This document shows positions 1-11,405 of a stretch of DNA of 64,000 nt, one piece after another (position 1 is the stretch's first letter; each line of letters begins with the position of its first letter). The notes beneath the pieces were generated by a model. It saw only the letters and a program-made list of their open reading frames with translations. It ran no database searches and was not told the DNA's origin. The stretch lies in contig OU015569.1 in the NCBI GenBank assembly GCA_907165135.1, forward strand, positions 9,015,889-9,079,888, written 5' to 3'. The DNA is from Oikopleura dioica. Its lineage: Eukaryota; Animalia; Chordata. The position numbers and the translations under genes were made by a program.

Positions 1-316
1 CTCCGCGATTTCCCCAGATTTCTCCCCAATAAGATCAGCAATCGCCTCAACTATTTTGTCGGTTAAATAATATGAAATATAATGGTATTGTTAAGATTTT
101 TTTACCTTTTGCAAGACCAACTTCTTCAACCTTCTGCCAAAAAGTATTGTTGAAATAACGATAGAGGGCATAGTCCGGATAATTTATTTTTTCCAAAGTT
201 CTGACAGCTTTTTTCGAGAGTTCTAGTCCAGAATGAGCCTTATTCCTTGGTTTGGCAGATTTTTCTTACTAAAAATTTGTTCGGCTCAAAGCTGGAGCTT
301 ATGACGTACTTGACTT

Positions 317-1143
317 CTAGTATGATTCACATGGTATTTCACAAACCGTTTCCTGAGCATTTACTTTTAGATACGCCACGTCCTCTATTGACCAACAGAA
401 TTCCGTTACAAGAAGCGCTAAGCCTAAGTCGTAGTATTCCATAATAAGAATAAACTCGAAATCATCATCCAATTTTTTGAACCAAGCTTGAAGTACATCT
501 TCTGGAATGACTTGATCATATGACATCCATTCCTTTCCGTTTTCATCCGTGTAACTTCCAAAGAAGACCAATTGGGGACGAAGAGTACCTATTCTGGCAA
601 ATGAGGACTCCGGAACTTTTCGTAAATATCTCCAAGCTCTTTTCTCGTCTTCCAAAAAATGCTCCATTTCTTTGTAAAGTAGATCAGTAGGAGCCTTCTT
701 CGTCTGGTCTAAACCGCGGAATCCGAATTGCTCCCAAAGCCTGCCCAGTAAATATTGGTAGTATCTGTAGCTCGAGACAAAGTTCGTCGTTGGGTCTCGG
801 ATGATTGAGAAGAATCTGGTATTCGGCTTCATGACGCTATCAATTAGTTCCTTGTTGTACTTTAAATGCTGCGTTGAGATTTGAAATTTCTCCTCAGGTA
901 CATTTTTTCCGATCCAACAATCGCGATCAAATGAGATTGGCTTCTGCAAATTAGCCATCGCTCCATTCATCGATTCTCCGAGGAAAAAAGTCTTTGCTCG
1001 GTTTTTGAATGAGAAGAAACGAAATACTATCAAGAACTCATATCAAAACCGTAACAGATTGTTTTGTATTCCGAATCTTTGCATGATCGCCATCAGAGTT
1101 TGACTACCAGTTTTTGATGTTTTCAAAAGAAAACATTCTTCTC
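317..1143 (-). CDS. Galactose-3-O-sulfotransferase-like (Gal3ST family) gene, possibly disrupted. The 5' end is not found; an N-terminal transmembrane exon is expected upstream.
   Basis: The minus-strand translation of 1046-1143 reads ...LLKTSKTGSQTLMAIMQRFGIQNNLLRF, which matches the Gal3ST 5'-PSB motif (KTHKTGSST..FRFG). An in-frame TGA follows at 1043-1045. The same frame then continues through ORF 317-1033: IVFRFFSFKNRAKTFFLGESMNG...IIRDPTTNFVSSYRYYQYL, which is the RDP...FVS 3'-PB-like motif, ...ILIMEYYDLGLALL. Confidence 0.5.
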
Positions 1144-2605
1144 AGATTCGCATTGACGCGTTTCTAAGAATTCCGTTTCACTGGGTGATGCTACAAGTTC
1201 CATTGGCGCTTCGTACTCATCATTGTCTTCGACGGTCTCTTCTGTTGTGTCAGCGTTGAAGAAATCGATAACTAGAGGAATTAGATTCGAAATGTGGAGA
1301 CAAACAGATACCTTGATGGATCTTTTCGTTGGAGAAATCAGAGATCCGCTGCGCAGCCGAGTTCGGAGAGTCTTCCGCCAACTGATTGAACTTCTGCAAC
1401 TAATGAATTTTCAATTCTAATGAAATAAGTGATTCAAGTGATCTTCAAAATCGAATAAAATATGTAAAATCATGCAAAATAACTCTGTCAATTCGTAACT
1501 TACGCTTAATCGTAGATCGCTAATTGTCTGTTGGTCATGAAGATGGATGAATATCTTTCCAAGAGTTAAATCATATTTACCAACTACGTGTAAAAATATC
1601 AATCCTTCTTCGCTTGTAAGTAAACCGCAAGTGTAAATATTGCTTAAACTCTTGACTCAACGACAACAACCACAAGGAGAAGTCCAAACACGAGGCCTTT
1701 ATTGAAGTTCTTCATATCATTACAGACGCTTGTTTCTCTACTTGACAAAAGATTTCATCGTTTGCAATTCGGAAGAAAGTCGAAGATTAGAGTAATGAGT
1801 TATATCGGCGGTAGAAATAAAAAAGCCTCCTCAACGTTGCAAAAATGTCCCGGGGCCCATCCAAGCAGCAAATATAATAGTCATGAAAAAAGGACGCTGA
1901 TATCGGAGTACGGGTGGGCTTATCTCTCAATGGCACACTAGCCAATTCTCCGACAACGTATAGATCAAATGTATCTAGTAATTCTTACTCAGGCATAAAA
2001 GTATCGCTTTATATATGGAGAAAGCGCAGTGTTCATTGAAACGCGACAATGGAAACCTGATCTATCTTTTATGACCGAGTAGAAAAATATTTCTCTCGGC
2101 CCATATTTATTAGAATGACGCTGATAAATAATCTACATAAACGGGAATTAATTGCAGCCGTGTAAGTTTTCTATCTCAAAGAAGTTCAAGTCCAGCGGGT
2201 CGAAAGCCTCATTGCAAACATTGCTCTTGCACTTGACAAATCGTAAATGTGGATCGTCTCCGATTCTTGTGCAGCGTATGCTCATCGGTTTTTTCTCTTG
2301 CCACTAAACGTAAATGCTCAAGACTTTATTATTTTTAGTAACTTGTCAAATCAGTTCTCATTTAGTACCTTTTTGCATTGTATTCGGAAAACAGTGCCTT
2401 CCAGAAAACCACTTCGTTCCTTTGTCTCGATGTTGCTTGTGAGCGGATAGTGCTTCGTAAAGTCGAACAACAAAGATTTCATGTATCGCTTCTTTACTCT
2501 ATATCTTCCTTGACGCTTTCCGGGCGTTATTTCTCTGATAAGTATTTTCTTTTTAATTGCTTTCGTTCTTTTGTCGTGGAAAAAGTTCGGACAAAGATCG
2601 CTTTT

Positions 2606-3693
2606 CTAATTAAAAATAGAAATATATTTCTGCTTGCAAATACTTACGTAGACGCATGTTGGAAGTGCTCGATAAACCTCCATTTCTTCTTTTACAATCC
2701 ACGATCCATCTGGCCGCAATATTTCAAAGGCATCTGTATAATTTTCGAAAACCGAAGTCTTCGTCATATCGAGCGCTAAATTAAAGAAGAAGCTCAAACA
2801 TAAAATATTCGAGTGTCATTACCAATAGGTGTGGACCCGTATCTAGCAAGAGCTTCGTTTTCTTCTTTTGTTCGTGGACGGAATAAGAAAGATTCGACTT
2901 CATCTTCGTGCCTTTTGCACTTACCACTTATTTTATATTACACTTATTGAGCATGTTGTGATTAAGATTACCCGTCGCGCATGAAGACTTCTTCTGTAAA
3001 TGAATATCTGCGGATGTGTCCAAGAATGGGGTCGATTTCCTTCGCTGGACCATTCAACTGGACAAATGGAGACCCATCGCCCAGAATATGGTCAAAAACG
3101 CTTATCACTTCGAAGCTACTCGCCAAAGTCTCTTGCCGTTTGAAAAATGATGAGATTTCTTCAATGGCTTCTTGGGCGAACGAAAAGTGGCTGTCTTTAT
3201 TTTTGGTTGTTCAATTATTATTTAACTGTTAATACATGTCTTGAATATTTCAAGATTTAATGGATAAATTATTAATCAACCTTGGCTACACTCAAAAGAA
3301 TATTTCTCGAGACTTGCTTGAAAGCTCCAACACAATCATCAATCGACAAAGAAGGGTCGAAGTGAGCAACTATTTCTTTGTCGACTAAAGACCCTATAAT
3401 TGACTTTTTTGAGCCTTTTTCCGGTTTTGGGTTTATCAAATGGAAACTCATTTTTACGTAAGGATTTATAAATCTGACGATATCGTCTAGCACCCAAAAT
3501 CAAGAGATCTCAGATGATTGAGCAGGATCTTCCGTGCTGCGCTTTCCACGAGCGCATCCGTCAGCCGTCTTCCACAAGGCACGATTTGGTGGAATCTCAA
3601 GACAAATGTAGTTTGGTATCGTCTATCTGCCAGATTCAGGCACTTCCAAAATAAGGTAAAATCTGATGGCGTTATTTCTTGTAAAATTTTCAC
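2606..3693 (-). CDS. Hypothetical multi-exon gene of unknown function.
   Basis: Minus-strand ORFs 2606-2797, 3272-3493 and 3487-3693 are open. A further open minus-frame segment at about 2990-3200 reads DSHFSFAQEAIEEISSFFKRQETLASSFEVISVFDHILGDGSPFVQLNGPAKEIDPILGHIRRYSFTE. I recognise no family motif. Confidence 0.2.
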
Positions 3694-4689
3694 TTTTGTT
3701 AAAGAAAAATTTCAAGAATATAGAATTCCAAGTGTAATCATTTATAAAAACGAGTTTATTGTAGAAAGTGATAACACTCCCCTGAATCTTGGTACCACTG
3801 AGATGGCTGAAACAACAACGAGAATCCCCCGTCAGCACGGAAACGCTGCTTTTCGACATTTAATGTTCCACCAGGTCCCTCTGGAAAGTGATCAATGAAC
3901 ACATCTAAAATTATTACAAATCAATAATTTATGATGCGGAGTGGCTCACCATAGCTGTCTGGGCAAGTGGAGGTGAAGTCCCAGCGTCTGGTGACATTAG
4001 ACCGCGGGTTAGACATTTTGTAGAAGCCGGAAACATTTTCGGATTGCGTCTTAGGAAATGATAATGATTGCTCGATTTATTTTGCCAAGATAGATCATTT
4101 TTTATCATTTGACTACCAAGCCTGTGCCGTCATCGATTCTGTAACCATCACATGAGCGCAGAAGAAATATACAGCGAGTACGGCTTGGCCTTGATTTCCG
4201 TTTGCAAATTTTAACTCGATGCTGTGAGCATCAATCTGAGATGATGCTATTTGATGATCATCAATATTTATTCGCACAATATTTTCTGACGATGACTGGA
4301 AAATAGTCGTCACATTTTCTGCTCCGCTAATGTGTTGTTGGCAAAATTTATTTTAGTTGAATTCTAATACATTTTACATAGTTATATCACTGTTTTCTTT
4401 GAGACAACATTTCCTTTGATAATAGCGCGTTAATGAAATTTCTCCTTCTCGAATCCAGCCATGCAATGACATGCGTTTGTCTTTGCATGTAGACCATGTC
4501 TGATGAGTCTTCGATTCAATACCGAAGCTTTCTTTCAAGACTTTCATCTCTCCGGGTTTAAGTGTAAATTCCTTTTTGTAATCACCACCAAATGACGTTA
4601 ACTCTTGCTCCTCCACCGACAGATAGTCCCACTGTGTTGAGCTTCGCGCGAAGTCATCTTGGAGGTACTGAATTGTGAATTTTGTTGGA

Positions 4690-5993
4690 TCGCCATCGAC
4701 GCCGACTTATTAACGGTCTAAATGATTATTTCCACAAAGAAGAGGGGTACGGAAAAGGATAAATTGACCGTTTCCTTTTCCAATCACTCCGGCTAGAAAC
4801 GGCACTTTCTGTTCGTCGTCATCTAATACACAGTAAACAGGTCCACCCACATCACCTTCTGATGGACTAGCTTCGTTATCCTCACTTTTTTGGCAAATTT
4901 CTTTTTTTTAGATTTCGATAAATAGCGTTAAACGATACAAAATTGAGTGAAATCCATTACTATGGCAGGATCAACAAAATATGCATTGTTATTCACTTGA
5001 TTTTCGAGGACATCTTCAGCAGTCGGGAAATCAGCTGTGGGACAAGAGTTTTCTTTCATCCTGAAGACGCCAGCACGTAAATAGAAAACAGAGTCCGCTG
5101 TATTTGAAGCTCCCCAACCAGCAATATAGCATTCAGGTTTCTTCTTGTCCAAGATATTTTCTTGAGAACGGCTTTTTATTTCCCAATTATACTTTTTTAA
5201 CTTAAATTTTTAGAGTAACTTTTCGAAGCCTATCCTATACTCTGATTTTCTGGTAAAAGACAAGGAGTCCTAGTATTTGGATCATTTTCTGGCTGATCAA
5301 TGTCCAAAATGGCGAGATTGTTGTTACCAAGATGCCCAATTGTTCGGAAATTCGGGTGAATTCGTATATTTTTGACCCTGAACGATTAAATTTGATTAAT
5401 TTAATTCATTATTTGATCAATTATCTACTGCATAGCAGGCCAAAAAATATGAAACCAGTGACTTCAAATCAGTCAAGATCACCTTTTTTTGAAAACGCTT
5501 ATACTATAAGCCTTATAGTATTAGATATGATCAACAGTATCCGCCTGCGAAAAGAGAGAGCGGGAGTTTAGAAATTCCATAGAGTCGCGTATATAACAGC
5601 TTGCGAATGACGCAAAATCCTCGAAATAAAGTTGTGTATGGCAACAGTGTTAGTCAGAAGCTACGTTATTTTGATATATTGATCGAGTTTGAGATCTTGA
5701 CATTTATTTTTACGAATCTTTCCCAAGTGATTCGAGCCAGATGGATATCATGCTGCACATCCTGCTTACTTTATGGGGGAAAGTTGACTTCTATCCGGAG
5801 CTCCGAAGGCGGCTGTCCAGAGAGCAACTTCAGTTTCCGCCACGCAGGATGCAGCCGTTAATACTCTTGTTGGCGTCAGCAGAATTCCCCCACACTTGTG
5901 ACTTCCTTGCGAGCGAACCGAAACAACCCATGGCCAGGTAGATGCCATAACAGGAAAAGAGTTGAGTGCACGGCGACTACGAGAACTCGTCAC
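4690..5993 (-). CDS. Trypsin-like (S1 family) serine protease homolog that is predicted catalytically inactive. His57 is replaced by Ser and Ser195 by Val. Possible extra C-terminal exons lie at 3925-4616.
   Basis: ORF 5766-5993 (-) reads ...WPWVVSVRSQGSHKCGGILLTPTRVLTAASCV, where the canonical TAAHC has become TAASC. ORF 4928-5152 (-) reads ...CYIAGWGA..., the C-x-x-GWG motif. The minus frame at 4690-4860 reads SEGDVGGPVYCVLDDDEQKVPFLAGVIGKGNG..., where the canonical GDSGGP has become GDVGGP at 4840-4857. Minus ORFs 4374-4616 and 4113-4313 and a stop near 3925 may belong to the same gene or to a neighbour. Confidence 0.55.
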
Positions 5994-6039
5994 GAGAAAA
6001 TCGTCACTGCATGAAAGTTTCGGAAGGCGGTGTCTATAC

Positions 6040-7663
6040 GATGCTAATGCGATATTCGTCTGGTAGTACTCCTAGACTGGCACGATCCGTAATTCTCATC
6101 CACCTGTAAGTAACCATATGAGGTCGAAATATATTCAAAAGAGAACAGTGCATAGATGAGACTTCCTGTGTCTAGACTCGAGATTAAAGTGGCTGACGTT
6201 ACTAAGACTTCCACGTAACGCCGGAGTATAAACTTCCCGGAGATTATTATTTTAGCATTTCCTTGATGGCAACATTTCATCAAGGCATTGAAATGATAGT
6301 TGAGCGTCAGCTGGTTCTTCTTTCGTAATCATTATAACTGTGAAATTTCCCGTGGCGATCAACTCCTCATTTCCCATCGATAAAGCATTGACGGACTCGG
6401 AACCATAATTGGAGTGGACTGTTACGCCGTCTGCTCCAGAGATTCGAATTTTTACTTAAAAATCAGTCTCGAAAATTGACATCAGCGTTTGCAGTGCTTA
6501 CCTTCGTCACAGTCAGCGTTTTCAAACTGGCGAAAATCCATTTTGAAGGCACCGGCAGATAGATGTGAAGTGTAGTTAGAGCTCGTAGAATAGGTGGAAA
6601 ATTCTGGCTCATCAATGTGGAGTATCGCACGACGTAGCCAAGACAGCTGGTTATCCAAATTATGGATGACTTTGCGGGTGTTGGTTTCAAGGTACCCTTG
6701 ATGAAGTCCATACAGTACGGGAAGTCCGCCATAAAGACAATAAACTGGGGCTCCTTTCAATATGTGTCCGAATCTTTTATGATCTGCAGTCGTGGGTAAA
6801 AATTGGCCAACATGTTTTCTGAAACTTGATTGTGTGTTTTTTCCGATGTAGATGTCTAAAATGCTGCTCTGCTGAGGATTCGTCTGAGGTGGATTATCGA
6901 TGGGAAACGGAGAAAAGGTTGTTACGTAGCAGTCTTTAAGTACTGTACTGACTAAGGGTTCTCCAGAGGTTGATCTTCGTTTTCGAACCATGAAATTACT
7001 AAGCCCGAAGAAGCCTATATCTATGCTGCCATAATCAGGAAATGATGTGGTTGTTGTGGTCGTTGTAGTGGTTGGTGGTGGACTTGTAAAATCATCCCCG
7101 ACCCCAAAAGTTCCAATTTGAAAGGTGCCGATGTCACCACCAGGCAATCCATAACCATCGAGTCCATAGTCATAATAATCTGCGGAACCATCGATAGAGT
7201 CATCTTATCTGCAGTTTTTAGAGATGTTCAATGTAAGCTTGTTTAAAAGAGTTCAAACTTTTCCTGGAGACGTTGTCGGAGCTTGCGTTGATGATGGTCT
7301 CATTTGGTCAAGTGAATTCTTCACAGTTTGTGTCAATGAATCTTGAAAGCATGGAAAGAACGACTTTGGTAAAGCGTCTTCAAGGCTAATAAGGTCATCG
7401 ATCTTTAGGAGACAGAAATCACCCAGAAGGGGAAATGTTTCCGTCTCAAGTATAGTCACGTTTTGCAGCAGAATACGATCATTATAGACACTTCCAGATT
7501 TAAAGTTGCAGCCTTTGCTCAGAGTGATAGCATACTCCCAAGTGATAAAGCTCGCAACAGTCGCATCTCGTCCATTTTCGGGTTCTAAAAGAAGGATATG
7601 ACGTCTTTTAGCCAAACTGTATGGAAAGTCAAAAATATAGCATCTTCTCTCACCATCCTTCAC
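6040..7663 (-). CDS. Hypothetical secreted Thr-rich (mucin-like linker) protein of unknown family.
   Basis: Minus-strand ORFs 7253-7663 (MKDGERRCYIFDFPYSLAKRRHILLLEPENGRD...), 6482-7147 (...DDFTSPPPTTTTTTTTTSFPDYG...GAPVYCLYGGLPVLYGLHQGYLETN...) and 6040-6480 (KIRISGADGVTVHSNYGSESVNALSMGNEEL...) follow one another. I considered a Hint/Hog domain but could not confirm it. Confidence 0.3.
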
Positions 7664-7821
7664 AATCCCAAAGTTAAGCTTGTGACCTACCTAGTACAAG
7701 GACAGGAATAGACCGTTTTGACTCAACTGTACTTGGCTGCTCGCTAAAATTCAGCTCCCCCATCAGTGAATTCTTATTCGAGGCTTTTTACCGTCATTTT
7801 TAACTTTATTTGACGAAAACT

Positions 7822-8124
7822 TTACAATAAATAAGCCATTACCCATGGACATGGTATATGCTTGATATACGGCTGTGCCATTTGTGCAACTTGTTCCAAA
7901 ATAGGCGTAACTGTAATTTCGGGCTCTGTATCTTCTGCGGGATTATAGATACCATCGTTCTGCCCATGAGCAGTTTTTATCGCTATAAAAACTAGAATCC
8001 AGCGGAGAATATACTTTCTCATGGCGATCTCTTGTCTCAACTGATTCAGGAAAAAGTAGATTTTTAAAATGCTCTTGTACTGAATATTTCGACTGTTGAC
8101 AGATAGAGTTAAACAAGCGCTCAT
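7822..8124 (-). CDS. Small hypothetical secreted protein.
   Basis: ORF 7822-8124 (-) reads MRKYILRWILVFIAIKTAHGQNDGIYNPAEDTEPEITVTPILEQVAQ... The N-terminus is hydrophobic and signal-peptide-like. Confidence 0.2.
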   Translation of the reverse strand: MSACLTLSVNSRNIQYKSILKIYFFLNQLRQEIAMRKYILRWILVFIAIKTAHGQNDGIYNPAEDTEPEITVTPILEQVAQMAQPYIKHIPCPWVMAYLL

Positions 8125-8328
8125 CCGTAAAACCTTCGGAGAAACGCAATCAAATGGAAATCTGACGATGAATTGACACTTTCAAAGTACTGAACCGAGA
8201 TATTTCCAAAACAAAATCTGGCACTCACTTCATTTCACCTTTATTTCGCATCATTCATCAAGATTTTTTCGCAATTATTTGTAAATGACCTTTTTAAATG
8301 ATAAAGAAATAACATAATAAAAGTCACT

Positions 8329-9619
8329 TTATTTTTCAGCAGTAAAACGTTGCCCTCGGAGGCCTTCCCACAGAACTTTCAAAAAACGGTCAAGCCGTGC
8401 ACCATCACTCTCCTTTTCGCAACCATCTACAAATGGATTAATTTCTTTAGCTGAAATCTTTTTACCTTTCCCTTTGTCGTGAAGAATCTTCAACAAATCC
8501 CACAGCTTTTGTGCGGCCTTCTCGGAAGTAAACACATCTTTTTCTTGGACGAGAGTGCATTCATTGTTGTTCTCATCCCTTTTCGCTGGTCGATCTTCCA
8601 TGTCAAGAGATTTATTTTCAATCTCCGACATTTCACTCGCATCACCGATGTCCGCGAATTCCATTAAATCCTGGGTAAGCATGTCTATAACGCTTACGAT
8701 CGAAGGATTCTCAACAGTCTCGACTACTGTGTCAGACAGAAACGAAAATCGCTCGTCATCGTCATGCGCTTGAAATAGTTTGAATATAATAGTATAAAAT
8801 ACCAACATATATAATATTATTATTAGTGGAATTCAATATTATAATTATCAACATTTTCCATACCAGTATCTTTGTCTGATTTGATAAGTTGAAGTGGGCC
8901 ATCATATGCCTCATCCAACTGAGTCGAGAAGGAGGAAATTGTGCTCGGCGTTGGGACCCTTTCGATAACCTGATATATTTTTAGCTCAAAGATTAATATT
9001 CAACATCAAACCTTGTTCGAAATAAATTCCTTGCTGCGACCACCTTTTGTTTCGAAATTCTTATTTTCCTTGGGCGCATTTACGTACTCCTTATCTTCAT
9101 CTTGGGAGATGGATTCAAGAAAAGTCGACTGCGTTGAGCAGCTGATGTTTACTTTTATCCAACTTCCAGCTTTCTTCGTTGCTTCTTTGCTCAATGCCGC
9201 GGTAGAGAGGGAGGCCATCCATTCTTCTAAGCTCTTGTCAGAATACATGTCGAGCATGATGTCCAGCTTCTCTTCCATTTGCGTGGTCGGCAGCTCAAAA
9301 GCTTTCAAAATTGGCCAGGGCGAAGAAAATGCGTCCTCCTCGGAGATGCAGTCCCAGAAAGATTTGAACTCTTAGTAAAACTCTAGAATAAAATCTTCTC
9401 ATAAAAAACTACCTGCACATGGCGAGTACAAACATGCCAAGCCAATTGGAGTCTCCCCATGATCGTTGACGGCTTCAATAAGCAGCTTTGACTTGATTTT
9501 CTTTGGATAAGTTCGAAAAAATGAGTTTTGAATTTCGTTTTTAATGATATTGTTATAGATTCAGAACCGTTACTTTTTTTCTCTTCGGAGGACATCATCA
9601 AGGACGATATGCACGCCAA
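8329..9619 (-). CDS. Hypothetical acidic protein with at least three exons and unknown function.
   Basis: Minus-strand ORFs 9383-9619, 9006-9308 and 8329-8808 are separated by short intron-like gaps. The products are acidic, for example ...DASEMSEIENKSLDMEDRPAKRDENNNECTLVQEKDVFTSEKAAQKLWDLLKILHDKGKGKK... I found no family motif. Confidence 0.3.
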
Positions 9620-9670
9620 GAAGAGGGAGGCCCTTCGTGAAGATGCCTTCTAGAAGCTTGCGCTCGTTTT

Positions 9671-9949
9671 GGGAGACGGACGGTGCCGGTACCAAATTGG
9701 TACCCGGTACCAAAATTGGTACCCGGTACCAAAAATTTGGTACCCGGTACCAAAGTCAAGCCTTTCATCTGACTCATCAAAAAACTAATGTCCGCTCCGC
9801 GGCTGAAGTGTGAGGAAACCTCATTTATTGACCGAATACACCTTTTTAAAACAATTTTGGCATGTTATCCTGAGATTTTTTTGGCACCGGGTACCAAAAA
9901 TTTGGTACCGGGTACCAATTTTGGATTGGTACCGGCAACGTCCGTCCCC
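9671..9949. mobile_element. Non-autonomous foldback (FB-like) or MITE-type element. Its terminal inverted repeats are built from tandem palindromic GGTACC(A)nTTGGTACC units, and it is flanked by a 9-bp target-site duplication.
   Basis: The left end is GGGAGACGGACGGTGCCGGTACCAAATTGGTACCCGGTACCAAAATTGGTACC... at 9671 onward. The right end is ...GGTACCAATTTTGGATTGGTACCGGCAACGTCCGTCCCC, ending at 9949. The outer 22 nt of the two ends are reverse complements with one mismatch and one indel. The direct repeat GCTCGTTTT lies immediately outside both ends, at 9662-9670 and 9950-9958. The internal region of about 120 bp carries no credible ORF. Confidence 0.6.
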
Positions 9950-11405
9950 GCTCGTTTTCAGCCAAAAATCCTACAGCACTCATTTTCATAAATGTTCCTC
10001 AAAAAATGTAAAATACCTCCGTTCTCCATCTCTAAACTTGCCCAAGTGAAGGCTCAATCGTTCTGCCTTCGATTCGATGCGGTGCCGACGACGAGTCAAA
10101 AAGTAAAAGTCCCTCAAGCACTGCGCAATTTCGAAAAAGCATCATCAAAATTAGATTTTGAGATAGTCTTATAGCAAAAATAAACTGAACAATTGATATT
10201 TCTATTGAGCTCGTAGGATAAAACTTTAAGCCTTGGAGATAAGTGTCCCCTCGAAGCACATTCATTTCATTTTGATTCCATTCAAGAGTGAAGAAGAACG
10301 GGGACCCGGATCTGACTGATTCCACAGATATAAAAAATAAAGTTGAGCTGATGATTCTGAATCGATTTTTTCCGCTGTTGAGTTTAGTCGCCGGATGCGG
10401 AAATCTTCTCCAGGGAGCATTTGGGGTTGTCCAAAACGTTACTGAAGTAAGTCTCGCCTATGTCTAGTTGTAATCAAAGTATTCAGTTTGGCGCCGACAT
10501 AGTTCTTGATTTATTGAGCAATGAAGAAGAAGAAGAACAATCTGACCGATAAAGAGCTCACGAATATTCAATAAAACACATTTCCTTGAAAATATGAGTA
10601 ATTTACTACCAGGAGCAAAATACGAAACACAATGCCATACAAACTTTAACGATCTTTTGAAGAAATCTATCAATTTTTTTCTAACTAACAAGATCATGAC
10701 GAGAAAAATGAGAAATAATATATCGGTTTTATCGCAACACAAACCAAGAGGGCGCAGATTTTACAATGAAGATGATGATATCTTTGATGAAGGAAAAGCA
10801 TCCATCTTCAAGTATATCGGATGCGATGAAATATGGTAAAATGAAAAACGCCTGCATAAATCAATTTGTTATAATTTTAGTGAAGGTTTTATTGCTCTTT
10901 TTTTCCTCGTGGCGACTGCAATAATGGGCGCTTCTTTACGATATTTTTCCGTTCATTCAGAAATAGCAGATCGGTTACGATGGCAAGTAGCGCTCATAAC
11001 AGGACCGGATGGCGCATTAAAAAATATTTATTCAAGATGAAAATATTCATATCCATTATTTTCTCTTTGAAAATCATATATTCTGAGATCATCCTCTTCA
11101 GCGATTTCATTTTCGGCTTTCATCCTTGTTTTAACAAGAACGCTCTGCAGAATAAGAAAAATGAAAAGACTTCAGTGCGAAAATCATCGAAGAATATCAA
11201 CTGCAATGCTTTGATATCAACTGCCGCATCTAAGCCTGTAAATTTGCCGTTAGAAACGCGCTTCGATAAATCAAATTTATTCTAGTTGTTGAGGAGTTTG
11301 TTATGTACAAAAGGTTCAGTAGAAGGAATAGATTTGTTTCAAGCATCTGTGCATTTTAGGCGATTAAAAACAATTTTGTTAAATAGCATTTCGGCGTACT
11401 TCTCA

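Noticed and set aside
1043-1045. Selenocysteine or stop-codon reassignment as an explanation for the in-frame TGA in the sulfotransferase
   Set aside because: TGA terminates at least one other conserved gene in this window, importin-4. Long conserved ORFs such as MVP and the SLC23 exons contain no internal TGA. Sulfotransferases are not selenoproteins. A pseudogene or base error is more parsimonious.
6482-7663. Hedgehog-type Hint/Hog autoprocessing domain (warthog or groundhog-like)
   Set aside because: A few short segments look vaguely Hint-like, GDFCLLKIDD and APVYCLYGG. However the defining CF...TV N-terminal cysteine and the TxxHxxF motifs are not found, and the order of the elements does not fit. 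I therefore left the gene as unclassified.
9660-9950. Short palindromic tandem repeats, (GGTACC-spacer-GGTACC) x3 on each side, that superficially resemble a CRISPR-like repeat array
   Set aside because: The units are inverted around a central region and flanked by a 9-bp direct duplication. The genome is eukaryotic, with spliced genes everywhere. A foldback transposable element explains the structure.
There is no repeat-spacer periodicity.
10330-11400. Several 80-100 codon ORFs in a very AT-rich stretch, 10464-10742 (-), 10594-10839 (+) and 10980-11285 (+)
   Set aside because: They have low-complexity Lys/Ile/Phe/Asn-rich translations typical of AT-rich non-coding DNA. They overlap each other on both strands and show no splice-site-delimited structure or motif.
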